NCBI GenBank assembly: GCA_965207095.1
Contig: CBDBMC010000001.1
Coordinates: 4,832,635 to 4,896,634, forward strand
Origin: Candidatus Poribacteria bacterium
Lineage (GTDB): Bacteria; Poribacteria; WGA-4E; PCPOR2b
Direction of reading: 5' to 3'
Length of the DNA: 64,000 nt
The notes beneath the pieces were generated by a model. That model did not search any database, was not told where the DNA came from, and saw only the letters and a list, made by a program, of their open reading frames with translations. Position numbers and translations under genes: made by a program. Shown here piece by piece: positions 1-10,758 of the stretch (its first letter is position 1; each line of letters starts with the position of its first letter).

Positions 1-177
1 GATGAGCCGACTGGCAATCTCGATCAAAAAACGAGTGAAGCGGTGCACGATCTACTGTGGACGCTCAATGACCAGTTTAACCAGACGTTTATCATCGTGA
101 CGCATAATCAAACACTTGCGCAACGTGCAGACCGGTTGATTCAACTCGTGGATGGTCAGGTATATGAGCAAGGGTAG
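1..177 (+). CDS. lolD: ABC transporter ATP-binding protein, LolD-like, C-terminal fragment (runs off window start)
   Basis: Frame 1 reads DEPTGNLD...FIIVTHNQTLAQRADRLIQLVDG*: Walker B/D-loop and H-loop of the LolD/MacB family. Lies upstream of bamA. Confidence 0.75.
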   Translation, partial: DEPTGNLDQKTSEAVHDLLWTLNDQFNQTFIIVTHNQTLAQRADRLIQLVDGQVYEQG

Positions 178-253
178 CTATTAAGATGCTACACATGTGA
201 TGTGTAATACACGAATTGCAGGTTCGGCGATTCGTAGATTTGAGGAAAATGTT

Positions 254-1129
254 ATGTTGGTTTATATTGATGGCAAATACCTTCCAAAAGAGGAAGCAAA
301 AATTTCTGTTTTTGATCACGGCCTACTCTACGGAGACGGGGTCTTTGAGGGCATCCGATCTTACAAGGGGCGGGTCTTCAAACTTGATCAGCATCTACAA
401 CGTCTCTACGATTCGGCAAAAGCGATTATGCTCAAGATTCCCATCGCCATTGAGGATATGGAAGAAGCAGTTTTGGAGACGCTCCGTCGGAACCAGCTTC
501 ATGATGCCTATATCCGTTTGGTTGTAACCCGTGGGGTCGGCGATCTTGGTTTAGACCCGGATAAATGTCCCGTGCCGACTATCATTATCATTGCAGATAA
601 AATTGCACTCTATCCACCGCATCTTTACGACGATGGTCTAGAAATCGTCACAGTTTCCGTGCGCCGAAATTATGCTGAAGCAATCAGCCCTCGCATCAAA
701 TCGCTGAATTATCTCAACAATATCTTGGCAAAGATTGAAGGCAAACAGGCAGGGGTCGAAGAGGTCCTCATGCTGAATGCGGAGGGATACGTTGTCGAGT
801 GCAGCGGAGACAATATCTTTTTTGTCAAAGAGAATATCATTGTTACGCCGCCCACCCACCTCGGTATTCTGGAGGGAGTCACCCGCAATGCTGTTATTGA
901 CTTGGCGCGCGAAGTAGGCATCACTGTCGAGGAAAAGGTGTTTACGCGACACGACCTGTATACCGCAGAAGAATGTTTTCTGACGGGAACCGCCGCAGAA
1001 GTGATTCCTGTTGTTAAAATAGATCAGCGCATTGTTGGGAATGGATCGCCGGGCACTGTTACACAGAAGCTGATCGAAGAATTCCATCACGTTACGAATA
1101 TATTGGGAACCGCCATTTACCCCGAATGA
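254..1129 (+). CDS. ilvE: Branched-chain amino acid aminotransferase (class IV)
   Basis: AKISVFDHGLLYGDGVFEGIR, IKSLNYLNN (PLP lysine), ILEGVTR, FLTGTAAEV. ATG at 254 follows GAGGAAA. Confidence 0.93.
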   Translation: MLVYIDGKYLPKEEAKISVFDHGLLYGDGVFEGIRSYKGRVFKLDQHLQRLYDSAKAIMLKIPIAIEDMEEAVLETLRRNQLHDAYIRLVVTRGVGDLGLDPDKCPVPTIIIIADKIALYPPHLYDDGLEIVTVSVRRNYAEAISPRIKSLNYLNNILAKIEGKQAGVEEVLMLNAEGYVVECSGDNIFFVKENIIVTPPTHLGILEGVTRNAVIDLAREVGITVEEKVFTRHDLYTAEECFLTGTAAEVIPVVKIDQRIVGNGSPGTVTQKLIEEFHHVTNILGTAIYPE

Positions 1130-1185
1130 GGTCCATCGTAGGCGTCAGATAGTTCGGACCACCGACAAGACAGAGGAGGAAAGAG

Positions 1186-3567
1186 ATGCAAGTGCTACGC
1201 TGGCAGATCGGTTTACTGGTAGGACTGATGTGCGTCATGTTATCGACAATCCCTGCTGCTGCCGAAGAAGAATCAGGAACAACGGCAACTGATGCAGCCG
1301 AAACACCCAAAGCGGTGACAACCGATAGTGCATTAACTGTAAAAGAGATCGAGTTTGAAGGGATAATGGAGGACTCAGAAGGCTTAATAAAAAGTATCAT
1401 ACAAACTCATGTAGACAAGGAGATCTCTCCTTACCAGTTATCACAAGATATTAAAAATCTTCATAAGGATACCGGCTTTTTCGATGACATTCCCATTGAT
1501 GTTGAACCTGCTGACGGCGGTGGATTGAAGGTCATTTATCGCCTTATTCCAAACCCTAAAATCGAGGGCAGTGTCAACATTATCGGCAACGAACAACTAA
1601 AAGATAAAAAGATAAAAGAGGCGATCAGTCTGAAACCGGGTGAGCTTTGTACCGATTACCGCCTGTGGGAGAATAAAAAGAATATCCTGCAAACGTATAA
1701 AGAAGCAGGTCACTATTTAGCAGAGGTGGAAACCGTTACCGATCTTAATCCCGATACCAATACAATAGCCGTAACATATGAGATTATAGAGGGGCAACGG
1801 ATTAAGGTACAAGAAATTAACTTCATCGGTAATGATAATCTCTCGTCAAAGTCACTGAGCAAGCAGCTTAAAACCCGCACAGGCAAGCATTTCGATGAGA
1901 ATTTCTTTGAAGAGGATCTGCTCACTTTACTTCGATACTACCAAGATGCCGGATTCAACCAGGCAAGAATTGCTAAGCATGAGAAACGATTTTCTGATGA
2001 TAAAACAGAACTAATGATCGACATCACTGTTGATGAGGGACCACAGTTTATTATTGGGACACACACGGTCCAGCTCACGCACTCCGAAAAACCGGCATTC
2101 TCTGAGGAAGACATTCGCGACATGCTGAATCCGGCTGAAGGAGAAATTTTCAACCGTGGAGAGTTTGAGCAATCACTTCTGGAGATTGAGGAAGCGTACC
2201 AGAACAAAGGCTACCTGCTATCACAGGTGGATGCCTCGCCCGATTTCGATGAGATCAATGGAATCGTAGATTTGACATTAAACATCACAGAAGGCGCTGT
2301 CATTATCATTGGTGACGTGCATATCAACGGATTAGAAAAAACAAAGGACAACGTAATCCGGCGCGAGTTAGACCAACTGGATATCAAGCCTGGAGAATTT
2401 TACGACGTACAGTCGCTACGGAAAGCACGGCAGCGAATCTTTCGGATGGGATCATTTATTCGGAACGTTGAGTTTGTTCCGAGCAACTCTGAAGGTGCGA
2501 TCCGCGACCTGATTGTCACTATTACAGAAACGCCGCGCACTGGTCTTCTCAGTCTTGGCGGAGGCTACGGCACAGAAGGTGGCATCTTTGGAGTGGCGCA
2601 GATTGGTGAAAACAATCTCTGGGGACGCGCCTATCGTGTACATCTGAAGGGTGAGTTGGGCGCTCGCGACCGGCATACCGGCGAACTGCGCTTTAGTACC
2701 CCATGGATTTTGGGTACACCTACCCGTTTCAGTACCAGTCTATACAACACTCAACGTACGCATCGATACTATGGTTCAATCTTTCGCAATCGCGGTTATG
2801 ATAGATATACCTATAAGCGTGTGGGCGGTTCTTTAACCTTTGGCCGTCCGCTTTCCAAAGATATAGACCTGTCAATTCGTCTCAAGAATGAATCTGTTGA
2901 TGCACATGGGTCGGGCGTAGAAACTATCGACGGTCGCCTCACCCGCAGTATAACTTTCAATCTATCCAGAGACACCCGGGACTATCAGCGAAGTCTTCAT
3001 GAACCGGTATCCGGATCACTTAACACGCTCTCTTATGAGTACGCTGGCGGGTTCTTTGGTGCGGACAACAAGTTTCGAAGATACTCTGCGGATTCAAGTT
3101 GGTTCCTCACAAGCTTTTTTAACACCGTCTTGGCGGGCCATGTGCGTGCTTCATACCTTAATAGTGAAAGTACCGATTGGCGATTCCTATATTATGAGCG
3201 ATACCGGATCGGTGGGATCGACACGGTCCGTGGTTATGAGGATTTTGAGATCTTTCCCGTTATCGCGGGTACCAACACATATAATTACAATGGAGGTAAC
3301 AAGGTCCTTTATGGCAATTTGGAATATCGCATTCCATTTGCGAACCAACTGACCGGTGTCGTGTTCTTTGATGTGGGACAGGTATGGGATGAAAGTGTTA
3401 CTAACGTCTTCAGCGATTTTAAGCTCAAGAAGGGCGCGGGGGTCGGCATCCGCTTTGATCTAATGGGTATGTTGGCGCGCCTTGAGTGGGGCTATGGATT
3501 TGATCGGAGACCCGAATTTGATGGAAGTAGAGGCAAGTTTCACTTCACGATCGGTCCCGGTTTCTAA
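1186..3567 (+). CDS. bamA: Outer membrane protein assembly factor BamA
   Basis: Signal peptide, POTRA-like repeats (INFIGN, KTKDNVIRREL), VRGY motif, C-terminal F. Followed by skp-lpxD. Confidence 0.93.
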   Translation: MQVLRWQIGLLVGLMCVMLSTIPAAAEEESGTTATDAAETPKAVTTDSALTVKEIEFEGIMEDSEGLIKSIIQTHVDKEISPYQLSQDIKNLHKDTGFFDDIPIDVEPADGGGLKVIYRLIPNPKIEGSVNIIGNEQLKDKKIKEAISLKPGELCTDYRLWENKKNILQTYKEAGHYLAEVETVTDLNPDTNTIAVTYEIIEGQRIKVQEINFIGNDNLSSKSLSKQLKTRTGKHFDENFFEEDLLTLLRYYQDAGFNQARIAKHEKRFSDDKTELMIDITVDEGPQFIIGTHTVQLTHSEKPAFSEEDIRDMLNPAEGEIFNRGEFEQSLLEIEEAYQNKGYLLSQVDASPDFDEINGIVDLTLNITEGAVIIIGDVHINGLEKTKDNVIRRELDQLDIKPGEFYDVQSLRKARQRIFRMGSFIRNVEFVPSNSEGAIRDLIVTITETPRTGLLSLGGGYGTEGGIFGVAQIGENNLWGRAYRVHLKGELGARDRHTGELRFSTPWILGTPTRFSTSLYNTQRTHRYYGSIFRNRGYDRYTYKRVGGSLTFGRPLSKDIDLSIRLKNESVDAHGSGVETIDGRLTRSITFNLSRDTRDYQRSLHEPVSGSLNTLSYEYAGGFFGADNKFRRYSADSSWFLTSFFNTVLAGHVRASYLNSESTDWRFLYYERYRIGGIDTVRGYEDFEIFPVIAGTNTYNYNGGNKVLYGNLEYRIPFANQLTGVVFFDVGQVWDESVTNVFSDFKLKKGAGVGIRFDLMGMLARLEWGYGFDRRPEFDGSRGKFHFTIGPGF

Positions 3568-3639
3568 CAAAAGTGATGTATAAGGACACCTAAAATGGCG
3601 ACGTCTTCATGTGAGGCGTTTCCACTTCACGGAGGTTTT

Positions 3640-4251
3640 ATGACTCGAGTTTCAAACTTTTACCTAGTACTCAGCATTGTGCTATTTGGATCGTTTAGTG
3701 TGGGTTTTAACGCCGCAGCACAAAACAACCTGAAGTTGGCCGTGGTGGATACACAAAACGTATTTGAGAATTATACAAAAGCCCAAGAAGCCAATGAGAT
3801 TTTGAAAACTGCCGAAGAGCGATTGAGAACTCAGCTCAACGGAATTCAGGAAGAAATCGGCACCATGGAAGAACGCCTGACGAAGCAGAAACTTTTTCTT
3901 GAGGCCGCTGAAACTGAAACTTTGCAAGCAGATATTCGCATTAAGAGACAAGAGCTCCAACGCGAACTGGAAATTGGGCAAGAATCGCTTATAGCTAAGC
4001 GCGAGGAATTACTTGCACCGCTAACACAGGAGATCGAAGCCCTACTGAAACAGATGGGTGAAAGTGAAGGATATAGCTTCATTTTTGAGAAACGCCTCGT
4101 AACGCTTTATGTTGATCCAAAGTATGATTTGACCGAGAGGGTTGTCAAGCTATTAAACGATTCACACGAAAAAGACAAATCGACGGACGTCCCACAATCG
4201 GCAACTCCCCCTGCAACGGAGACGGGAAAGGAAGGGGAAAAGAGCAACTAG
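3640..4251 (+). CDS. skp: OmpH/Skp periplasmic chaperone
   Basis: LKLAVVDTQNVF...LYVDPKYDLTERV, coiled coil, located between bamA and lpxD. ATG at 3640 follows GGAGG (ORF track start 3595). Confidence 0.88.
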   Translation: MTRVSNFYLVLSIVLFGSFSVGFNAAAQNNLKLAVVDTQNVFENYTKAQEANEILKTAEERLRTQLNGIQEEIGTMEERLTKQKLFLEAAETETLQADIRIKRQELQRELEIGQESLIAKREELLAPLTQEIEALLKQMGESEGYSFIFEKRLVTLYVDPKYDLTERVVKLLNDSHEKDKSTDVPQSATPPATETGKEGEKSN

Positions 4252-4321
4252 TGATTGCCCTATAGTTCTAGTGCCGGAGCTACCCGGCTGATATCACCGG
4301 GCGGTCTACCCTCAAGCAATT

Positions 4322-5386
4322 ATGGTAAAAACACTGAAAGAGATTAATGAATTAATCGATGGGGAGTTGTTAGGGGACGGCGAAATCGAGATTATCGGCG
4401 TTTCCGGAATCAAAGAGGCGAGAGAGCATGAACTCACGTTTGTCGCCAATTCAAAGTATCTGCGTGAGATAGAACGCACACAGGCTTCAGCAATTATCGT
4501 TGGTCAGGACATCCCGTATAACGGTACACCGCTTATTCGCGTTGCCAATCCGTACTTTGCCTTCGTCAAAGTCTTAGAGTTGTTTGCATGGCGCAAAAGA
4601 AAAACTGCGTATGGGATTCATGAAACCGCAATTATCGGCGATAATGTGCAGATCGGGGAGATGGTTTCCATTCAAGCCTATACCTATATCGGCGATAATG
4701 TCCAAATCGGCGACGGGACGACTATCAGTCCTTTTGTGTATATCGGCGACGATACGAAAATTGGCAATGAAACTCTCATTTATCCCAACGTGACAATTCG
4801 TGAGGATGTGGAGATTGGCAATCGGGTTATCCTTCACAGCGGGGTTGTTATCGGGAGTGACGGTTTCGGTTTCGCGTCGGTCAGCGATCGCCACCATAAA
4901 ATCCCCCAGATTGGCACCGTTATCATTGAAGATGATGTAGAAATTGGTGCAAACACCACCGTCGATCGTGCCACGATGACGAACGGCGCAACAGTGATTA
5001 AACGAGGCACAAAACTCGATAACCTTATACAAATTGCCCATAATGTCGTGATTGGCGAAGATTGCTGTATAGCCGCTCAGACCGGCATTGCCGGTAGTGC
5101 TGAATTGAAAGACAGAGTCACCATGGCTGGTCACTCCGGCGCGGTTGGACATATCACGATTGGGGCAGACAGTACCGTTTTTGCCAAATCGGCGGCGACC
5201 AAAGACCTCCCTGCAGGAAGTTATGTATCTGGTTTTCCCGCAGAAAACCACGCACAGCAGCTGCGTGTCCAAGCCTCCTTGCGCCGACTGCCAGAGATGT
5301 TGCAGACGTTTGCACGGCTTCAAGAACGTGTCGCTCAACTGGAAGCACAGCTTGACGCAAACGACGAAAAATCGGATGATTCGTAG
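4322..5386 (+). CDS. lpxD: UDP-3-O-acylglucosamine N-acyltransferase
   Basis: Hexapeptide repeats, [32 protein letters not shown]. Confidence 0.95.
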   Translation: MVKTLKEINELIDGELLGDGEIEIIGVSGIKEAREHELTFVANSKYLREIERTQASAIIVGQDIPYNGTPLIRVANPYFAFVKVLELFAWRKRKTAYGIHETAIIGDNVQIGEMVSIQAYTYIGDNVQIGDGTTISPFVYIGDDTKIGNETLIYPNVTIREDVEIGNRVILHSGVVIGSDGFGFASVSDRHHKIPQIGTVIIEDDVEIGANTTVDRATMTNGATVIKRGTKLDNLIQIAHNVVIGEDCCIAAQTGIAGSAELKDRVTMAGHSGAVGHITIGADSTVFAKSAATKDLPAGSYVSGFPAENHAQQLRVQASLRRLPEMLQTFARLQERVAQLEAQLDANDEKSDDS

Positions 5387-5609
5387 TGTTATAACATAGG
5401 GGGTGGTTCTCTTGATGGGATTCCCACCTTACGGCATACGATTTCATCTCACGCCATATCCACCATGTCTGCGGATTTTCCACCTACCCAACGTTAATTC
5501 TGGTTATGCTTTACAACGGACATCAATCCGCACCTACGTCCGTGATATATGAATAACTGCATAAACATATACCGTATACTCTTAACCTGAAACGGAAAGG
5601 AATCTAACC

Positions 5610-6605
5610 ATGATAAAATGCGCACTCATCAGCGGTAGGGGTATGGGCTTGATGCACGGCGGAAACTTCCACAACCACCCCGATGCCGAAGTCATCGGTG
5701 TCTGCGATATGGATCCCGAATTGCTCGCCGAAGCCACAGAAAAGTTTGGTGTCCGCGGATATTCTAGCATCGAAGACCTACTCGATAATTGCGATGCGGA
5801 TTTGATGTTGCTGATCGTTAATGAAACCCGACGTATCCCGCCGTTACGACAGCTACTCGCAGCAGGTCAGAATGTGTTCACTGAGAAACCGCTTTGCGGT
5901 TTGGAGGGGCAATTCCGCGTCAGAGAGGACGACTTACCGATTGCGGCAGCGGCAATCTCAGAGTGGCGAGATTCAGGTCTAAAGTTCGGTATCGACTTCA
6001 ACTACCGTTTCATGACCCACTTCCGAAAGCTTCACGATGATGTAGTCGAAGGACGGTTAGGTGAGATACGGATGGTGCGTGCCCGAGCGCATTTCAATTG
6101 CTGGTCGCACGTCATCGACCAAATCCTCTGGAACATGGGACGACCCGAATGGGTCAGCGTCATGGGCGATCCAAGCGAGGAAGGCGGTTGGCAGCGCATG
6201 ATTCATATGGAGTGGGAAAACGGTGTGATCGGTTCGCTTGCTGGGAGCAACCTATGGGGTGACGACGACCATCCACTGCGCGTCATGATTGTCGGCGATG
6301 AACGTTACGCCGAAGCCCGTGGTTTAGAGGGATGGTATCGTCGGCGCGAAGCCAATATCTGGCGCGGAGCCAACACCTCCGAAGGCGAAGAACTATGGGA
6401 ATCTGAGGAGGGAGACAGCTATCAAACCTCCTTCCCCCGCATGGCTGACGGCGTGATCAAAGCCATGCACGCAAACGAGTCGTTCCCGGCAGACGGGGAA
6501 GCGGCATGGAATGAGTTGGTATTCGAGGGCGCCGTTCATCGGTCAGCAGTGAACAACGGTGAGCGCGTGTTTTTGGCTGACGTGGAAAAAGCGGCGATGA
6601 GTTAA
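5610..6605 (+). CDS. Gfo/Idh/MocA family oxidoreductase
   Basis: N-terminal Rossmann-like segment, VFTEKP motif, FNYRF. Confidence 0.8.
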   Translation: MIKCALISGRGMGLMHGGNFHNHPDAEVIGVCDMDPELLAEATEKFGVRGYSSIEDLLDNCDADLMLLIVNETRRIPPLRQLLAAGQNVFTEKPLCGLEGQFRVREDDLPIAAAAISEWRDSGLKFGIDFNYRFMTHFRKLHDDVVEGRLGEIRMVRARAHFNCWSHVIDQILWNMGRPEWVSVMGDPSEEGGWQRMIHMEWENGVIGSLAGSNLWGDDDHPLRVMIVGDERYAEARGLEGWYRRREANIWRGANTSEGEELWESEEGDSYQTSFPRMADGVIKAMHANESFPADGEAAWNELVFEGAVHRSAVNNGERVFLADVEKAAMS

Positions 6606-6746
6606 TAATAATCCAAGTTGCTCGTTGTCAAACTCGCTCGGCTCCGACTTCGCCGAGGGTATAAGACTTGGAGAGACATATCGAAGCCACTGCCGTACAT
6701 GTGCAGTAGATTTGTCAATCCACTGCGAGCGGTGATTAACTCAATT

Positions 6747-6838
6747 CGCTCATGTTAAGGAACCGTGCAACAGAAACCGAGTTTTCAAGAAAAAACTCGG
6801 TTTCTCTTCATGCTTTGCACTTTCTTTTTACATGAGCC
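6747..6838. mobile_element. MITE with TIR GCTCATGT.AA/TT.ACATGAGC and 8-bp TSD ACTCAATT, carrying an AAACCGAGTTTT..AAAACTCGGTTT hairpin
   Basis: ACTCAATT at 6739-6746 and 6839-6846 flanks the inverted ends. Confidence 0.75.
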
Positions 6839-6846
6839 ACTCAATT

Positions 6847-7035
6847 TATAGTGGACCTTAGAATCAATGAGACACGCCAGACCGGTGCGGTTTCTAACCG
6901 CACCTACCGGGTTGGATTGAATGCGGTGCAATTGGAAACAGCATCTACCGGACCCGATAAATCCCCGATAAATCCGGACAGGCGGGATCGAAACCGAGGG
7001 GCGAAAGGGTCTATTTATTTTTGGTATTCGCCATA
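6847..7035 (+). mobile_element. MITE family B (TATAGTGGA... ~30-bp imperfect TIR, TA termini) with GGTGCGGTT..AACCGCACCTAC cargo
   Basis: Same ends recur at 8184-8285, 37920-38074 (inverted), 41319-41876, 41483-41620, 48138-48275, 52454-52601, 53502-53639 and 59103-59496. Confidence 0.8.
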
Positions 7036-7039
7036 GCTT

Positions 7040-8152
7040 TCATTCTGCCAATCGCTTGATGAGCGGGTGACGGCGGTCCTCTAACGGCAGGTAGGCTCTC
7101 GCCGCAGTAAAGTGGGACTCATAGACGGCACTGACGCACTCCAAAGAGGTCAGTGCCTTCGTGTCACCAAGTTCTGGCTGTCGGTTTTCGCGGATCGCGT
7201 TTACCATGTCCCTAACGCTCCAAATTGAATGTCTATCGCCCCACGGTTGACCATCAATAACGAAGGCTTCCTCGGGGAGCAGAACACGCTCCCACTGCGG
7301 GGTGTGTGCAGCAAACGACACATCAAACGGGCAATGCCACATTTCATCTACCCCGGTTTTGGCATTCGGCTTAATCATCAGTTGCCCCTCACTCCCTAAA
7401 ATGTGGGGACCCATCATCCAGCCTTGGAGAGGTTCACGTCGATAGAGTTCAACCAAGCCGCTTGTGCCCGACTTCCCACCGAGATGAATCAACATCGTAT
7501 CTCCCGCCACCATCCCGTTGTCACGCCGATCCGTTTTGCAGAGTTCACTGCTGTGCATGATGTCCTCAACATTGACTGAGTTTCCTTGATAGGTAGCCTG
7601 TGCGTGAACCCATTCAATTCCGTCCATGAAGAAATCCATTTCGTCAAAGTAGTGGACACCCATCTCCATCAACTCGAATCCGGCTTCACGTCCCTTACCG
7701 ACCTCGCGGATGGAGCGAAAGTCGCCAATCCGGCCGGATTGGATCCACTCCTTCGCGTGACGAAACAGCGGCGTGAACCGATATTGATGACTCACCGCGA
7801 GCCTCACCCCCGCCTCTTTGCAAGTCGTGACCATCCGATCAGCGTTTTCCAAATCGGTGGAAAGCGGTTTCTCACTCAGGACATTTATACCCGCTGCAGC
7901 AGCGGCAAGCGTGACTGGTGCGTGTAGTGGTGCATGGGTGCAGACGCTGACGACATCCAGCGTTTCCCTCTCAAACATATCGTGGAAGTCGGTGTAACGG
8001 TTGGATACGGCATACTCGTCCGCTCGTGTATTGAGTGCCGTGGGCTGAATATCGCACAAGGCGACAAGTTCCACGTCTTGCAGCTGTGTATATGCGGTTG
8101 CATGACTCCGGCTGATTCCGCCGCAGCCAACAATCCCAGCGCGTAACGCCAT
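7040..8152 (-). CDS. Gfo/Idh/MocA family oxidoreductase
   Basis: GIVGCGGIS, VLSEKP, HQYRF, MGVHYFD; AGGAGG RBS. Confidence 0.88.
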   Translation of the reverse strand: MALRAGIVGCGGISRSHATAYTQLQDVELVALCDIQPTALNTRADEYAVSNRYTDFHDMFERETLDVVSVCTHAPLHAPVTLAAAAAGINVLSEKPLSTDLENADRMVTTCKEAGVRLAVSHQYRFTPLFRHAKEWIQSGRIGDFRSIREVGKGREAGFELMEMGVHYFDEMDFFMDGIEWVHAQATYQGNSVNVEDIMHSSELCKTDRRDNGMVAGDTMLIHLGGKSGTSGLVELYRREPLQGWMMGPHILGSEGQLMIKPNAKTGVDEMWHCPFDVSFAAHTPQWERVLLPEEAFVIDGQPWGDRHSIWSVRDMVNAIRENRQPELGDTKALTSLECVSAVYESHFTAARAYLPLEDRRHPLIKRLAE

Positions 8153-8183
8153 GAGTATATCCTCCTTTCCGTTTTCGATGAAT

Positions 8184-8285
8184 TATAGTAGATTTTAGAA
8201 TAATGAGACACTCCAAACCGGTGCGGTTAGGAAACCGCACCTACCGGGGGGCAAAAGTGTCTATTTATTTTTAGTATTCACCATA
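8184..8285 (+). mobile_element. MITE family B, minimal 102-bp copy
   Basis: TATAGTAGATTTTAGAATAATGAGACACT ... AGTGTCTATTTATTTTTAGTATTCACCATA enclosing a single REP-like hairpin. Confidence 0.8.
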
Positions 8286-8315
8286 AAGTACCTAAACCCT
8301 TTAGAACATAGTCAT

Positions 8316-8565
8316 TAACCTTTGGTGCTAGTTTAGTCAGAAAGTTGATTGGTTGATCTATTCTTCTTATGTCTCACCCTTCGGATACACATGTCGCCCC
8401 TCTGGGGCTTTAGGGTATTTATTTATCCCTGTACTATAGACATGTCGCCCCGCTGGGGCTAAATGAACTGCTGAATCAATGATTTTTACGTTTCACAGCC
8501 TGTCCCGATTTATCAGAACATCACGTTTCACGTTATCAACAGCTGCAAACTAGCACCATTGGTTA
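8316..8565 (+). mobile_element. MITE family I (TIR TAACC..TGGTGCTAGTTT) carrying a pair of CATGTCGCCCCnCTGGGGCT direct repeats
   Basis: Inverted ends at 8316 and 8565, repeat pair at 8388-8460. Similar ends near 44637-44899 and 55578-56178. Confidence 0.7.
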
Positions 8566-8898
8566 TTACGGTTGTGCTGCTTCCGGTCCCTCAACGGTTA
8601 TATTTGTTACAACGTTCCGGGGTGGGTTGGGGCTGCGACTCGGAAACTCCTTGATTGTCTCATTGATGAGGGTTTTGATCACTTCTCTGGTATTTTCAAA
8701 GGGAATACACTCCAAAACGATGAGCGATTGCTCAGGGTTGAGAGGCTTCTCGTAGCGTAATCCGTACTGAATCCCCATCTGCCTAAGTTCAGGCTCAACG
8801 CGCATCGAAATAAGCTTCTGCTCTTGGAGCGTAACCAGGGCGCTATCAACGAAAAAATGGGTATGAATCCACGCCTCCTTCTCATCAATAATCTTCAT
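8566..8898 (-). CDS. Hypothetical protein (110 aa)
   Basis: ORF with AAGGAAG RBS and globular composition; no motif recognised. Confidence 0.65.
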   Translation of the reverse strand: MKIIDEKEAWIHTHFFVDSALVTLQEQKLISMRVEPELRQMGIQYGLRYEKPLNPEQSLIVLECIPFENTREVIKTLINETIKEFPSRSPNPPRNVVTNITVEGPEAAQP

Positions 8899-9004
8899 AG
8901 ATTTCTTCCTTTCTTAACGTCGCCTCACGGACTGTATCACGCAGTGGGTCCGATTGTCGGGCAGACATCGGTCACTCAGGCACCAACTGCTGTCAGGAAC
9001 CACC

Positions 9005-10414
9005 TCAATCCCCGAAAACCTCATGGAGCATTTCGGACGCCGCATTGACCACCATCTCTAGTGCCTCCGGTTCCAGCTTCGCCCAAAATCGCGTTTCGAC
9101 TTCGTGCCCGCCGCGGGGGAAAGCGTCGGGGATAGGAAGGTAACCGACGTAGTGGCTTGTGCAATGTGCGATATAGGTTGGATGGGTCGGGGAAGCCATT
9201 TTGAGCTGCAGTTGCCCTTCGACAAATGGCTCGCCCGGCAGACCGACAAACGCCGTTTTTCCCACCCGTAAAACTTGAATCTCGTAATCTAGTTCGGGCG
9301 TTCGCTGCTTTCGGAGATAGACGCTCAAGATAGAGCCTGCCCTTATCCACTCTGGATCAATCTGCTTCGGATTCTGATCCGACCATCTTGGCTTTGGATG
9401 TGCCTCTAAGATCTTCTGCGACTGTGCAAGCAGTTCAGGTTCAACATCACGAATGGGTAGCTTCACGTGGCGCACCTTCCAATCGATGGACAGATCTTCC
9501 TCATAGGGCAGCGTTTCAATCACCGCCTGAGTCGTTTTAGCAAGGAGGCTGCCCATTCGTTGGTGATCGGCGACGTAGTCTGGATCAAACGGATCCCAGG
9601 GATTGATATTGCCACAGCAGCCGTTGAGGACCAAGGGAACACATCTGCCCCCGAAGGTTTCACGCATTGCGTCTGACCATGCACCGGGCCAGTCCGCCGA
9701 GACAATCGGTCTGGGAAAGATGTTCACTGGATGGCAGGTGTGGTGTAGCAACATTGCGAGCATCTCCACCGAATCCGTTTGCAGGCACATCACACCGACC
9801 TCTGGGTCAATCGGTCCCTCCATATAACGAATATAAGAGGGTCCCAAGGGATCTTCCCATTTTGACCCCGGCATGCGCACCTTGTCGTCATTCATGATCG
9901 CCCTTCGGTTAAAGGCAACGCGTCCTTCGACTCCGCTGCCGACCCGGAGCTGAACTGGCTGTAGAGAACTGTTTGCCTGCTTAATAACATTGACGATGCG
10001 GTCGAATGCAAAATCGAAGTATCGCGGATCTCCGCCACGCAGCCACTCCATCTCCGGCGGTGTGCTCCGGAAACTCTCATCAAACATGAAATGTCCTAGC
10101 GATGGCGCTGAATGTGTTTGCGTTACATGTACCATGACAGCATCGGGGGCAAGTCCGCACTCATCTTCAACCGCCCGTCGAATTTTTGCCGTCCATTCTT
10201 CGGTAATGATGGTGAGATCCAGACTCACAAAGCAGATTTTCTTTCCACCGTTTTCCAATACCAGCGCCCTAGCGTAAAGCGGGTCGTAAACATACTGAGC
10301 AGGGCGAAACTGTCCAACAGCCCCGGCGAGATGGATGTCGGTCTGTGGGGTTATGTCAATTTGAGCTGCTCCAGCGTGAAGGCGGTTGGATATAGTTGAG
10401 CTTTGATGTGCCAT
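9005..10414 (-). CDS. Neutral/alkaline ceramidase-like hydrolase (uncharacterised family)
   Basis: GAAQIDITP, DPLYARALVL, TQTHSAP, GPIDPEV, CHP, GCCGNINP, LPGEPF, GYLP...GGHE. Confidence 0.75.
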   Translation of the reverse strand: MAHQSSTISNRLHAGAAQIDITPQTDIHLAGAVGQFRPAQYVYDPLYARALVLENGGKKICFVSLDLTIITEEWTAKIRRAVEDECGLAPDAVMVHVTQTHSAPSLGHFMFDESFRSTPPEMEWLRGGDPRYFDFAFDRIVNVIKQANSSLQPVQLRVGSGVEGRVAFNRRAIMNDDKVRMPGSKWEDPLGPSYIRYMEGPIDPEVGVMCLQTDSVEMLAMLLHHTCHPVNIFPRPIVSADWPGAWSDAMRETFGGRCVPLVLNGCCGNINPWDPFDPDYVADHQRMGSLLAKTTQAVIETLPYEEDLSIDWKVRHVKLPIRDVEPELLAQSQKILEAHPKPRWSDQNPKQIDPEWIRAGSILSVYLRKQRTPELDYEIQVLRVGKTAFVGLPGEPFVEGQLQLKMASPTHPTYIAHCTSHYVGYLPIPDAFPRGGHEVETRFWAKLEPEALEMVVNAASEMLHEVFGD

Positions 10415-10758
10415 TGAAGATACACTCCTCCCTCAAATGTGCATTGTTAATAATGGACAGCGCTGATTATATCATGCCACCAACGGGGGAAGAAATAAAA
10501 TCGTCACGCAGGTGGTTGCAAGTCGTAGGGAATCTCAGTCTCTGCACACGCATGACCGCTTGCAGCTGTGTTTCGTTCCATGCACCGGACAGGTAGGGAA
10601 CTCCGATCTGCGGTCACTATAAGCTTGCAGTGTGCGAGCCCTGTTCCCTGTAGACAGGGCAAGGCAGTCTATGAATTATGGAAGGTATGGGCGGATAGGT
10701 TTCAATCCACCCTTGCGGAGGAAGAAGAGAACAGAAAGGTCTCACCAGCTCGCTAAAC

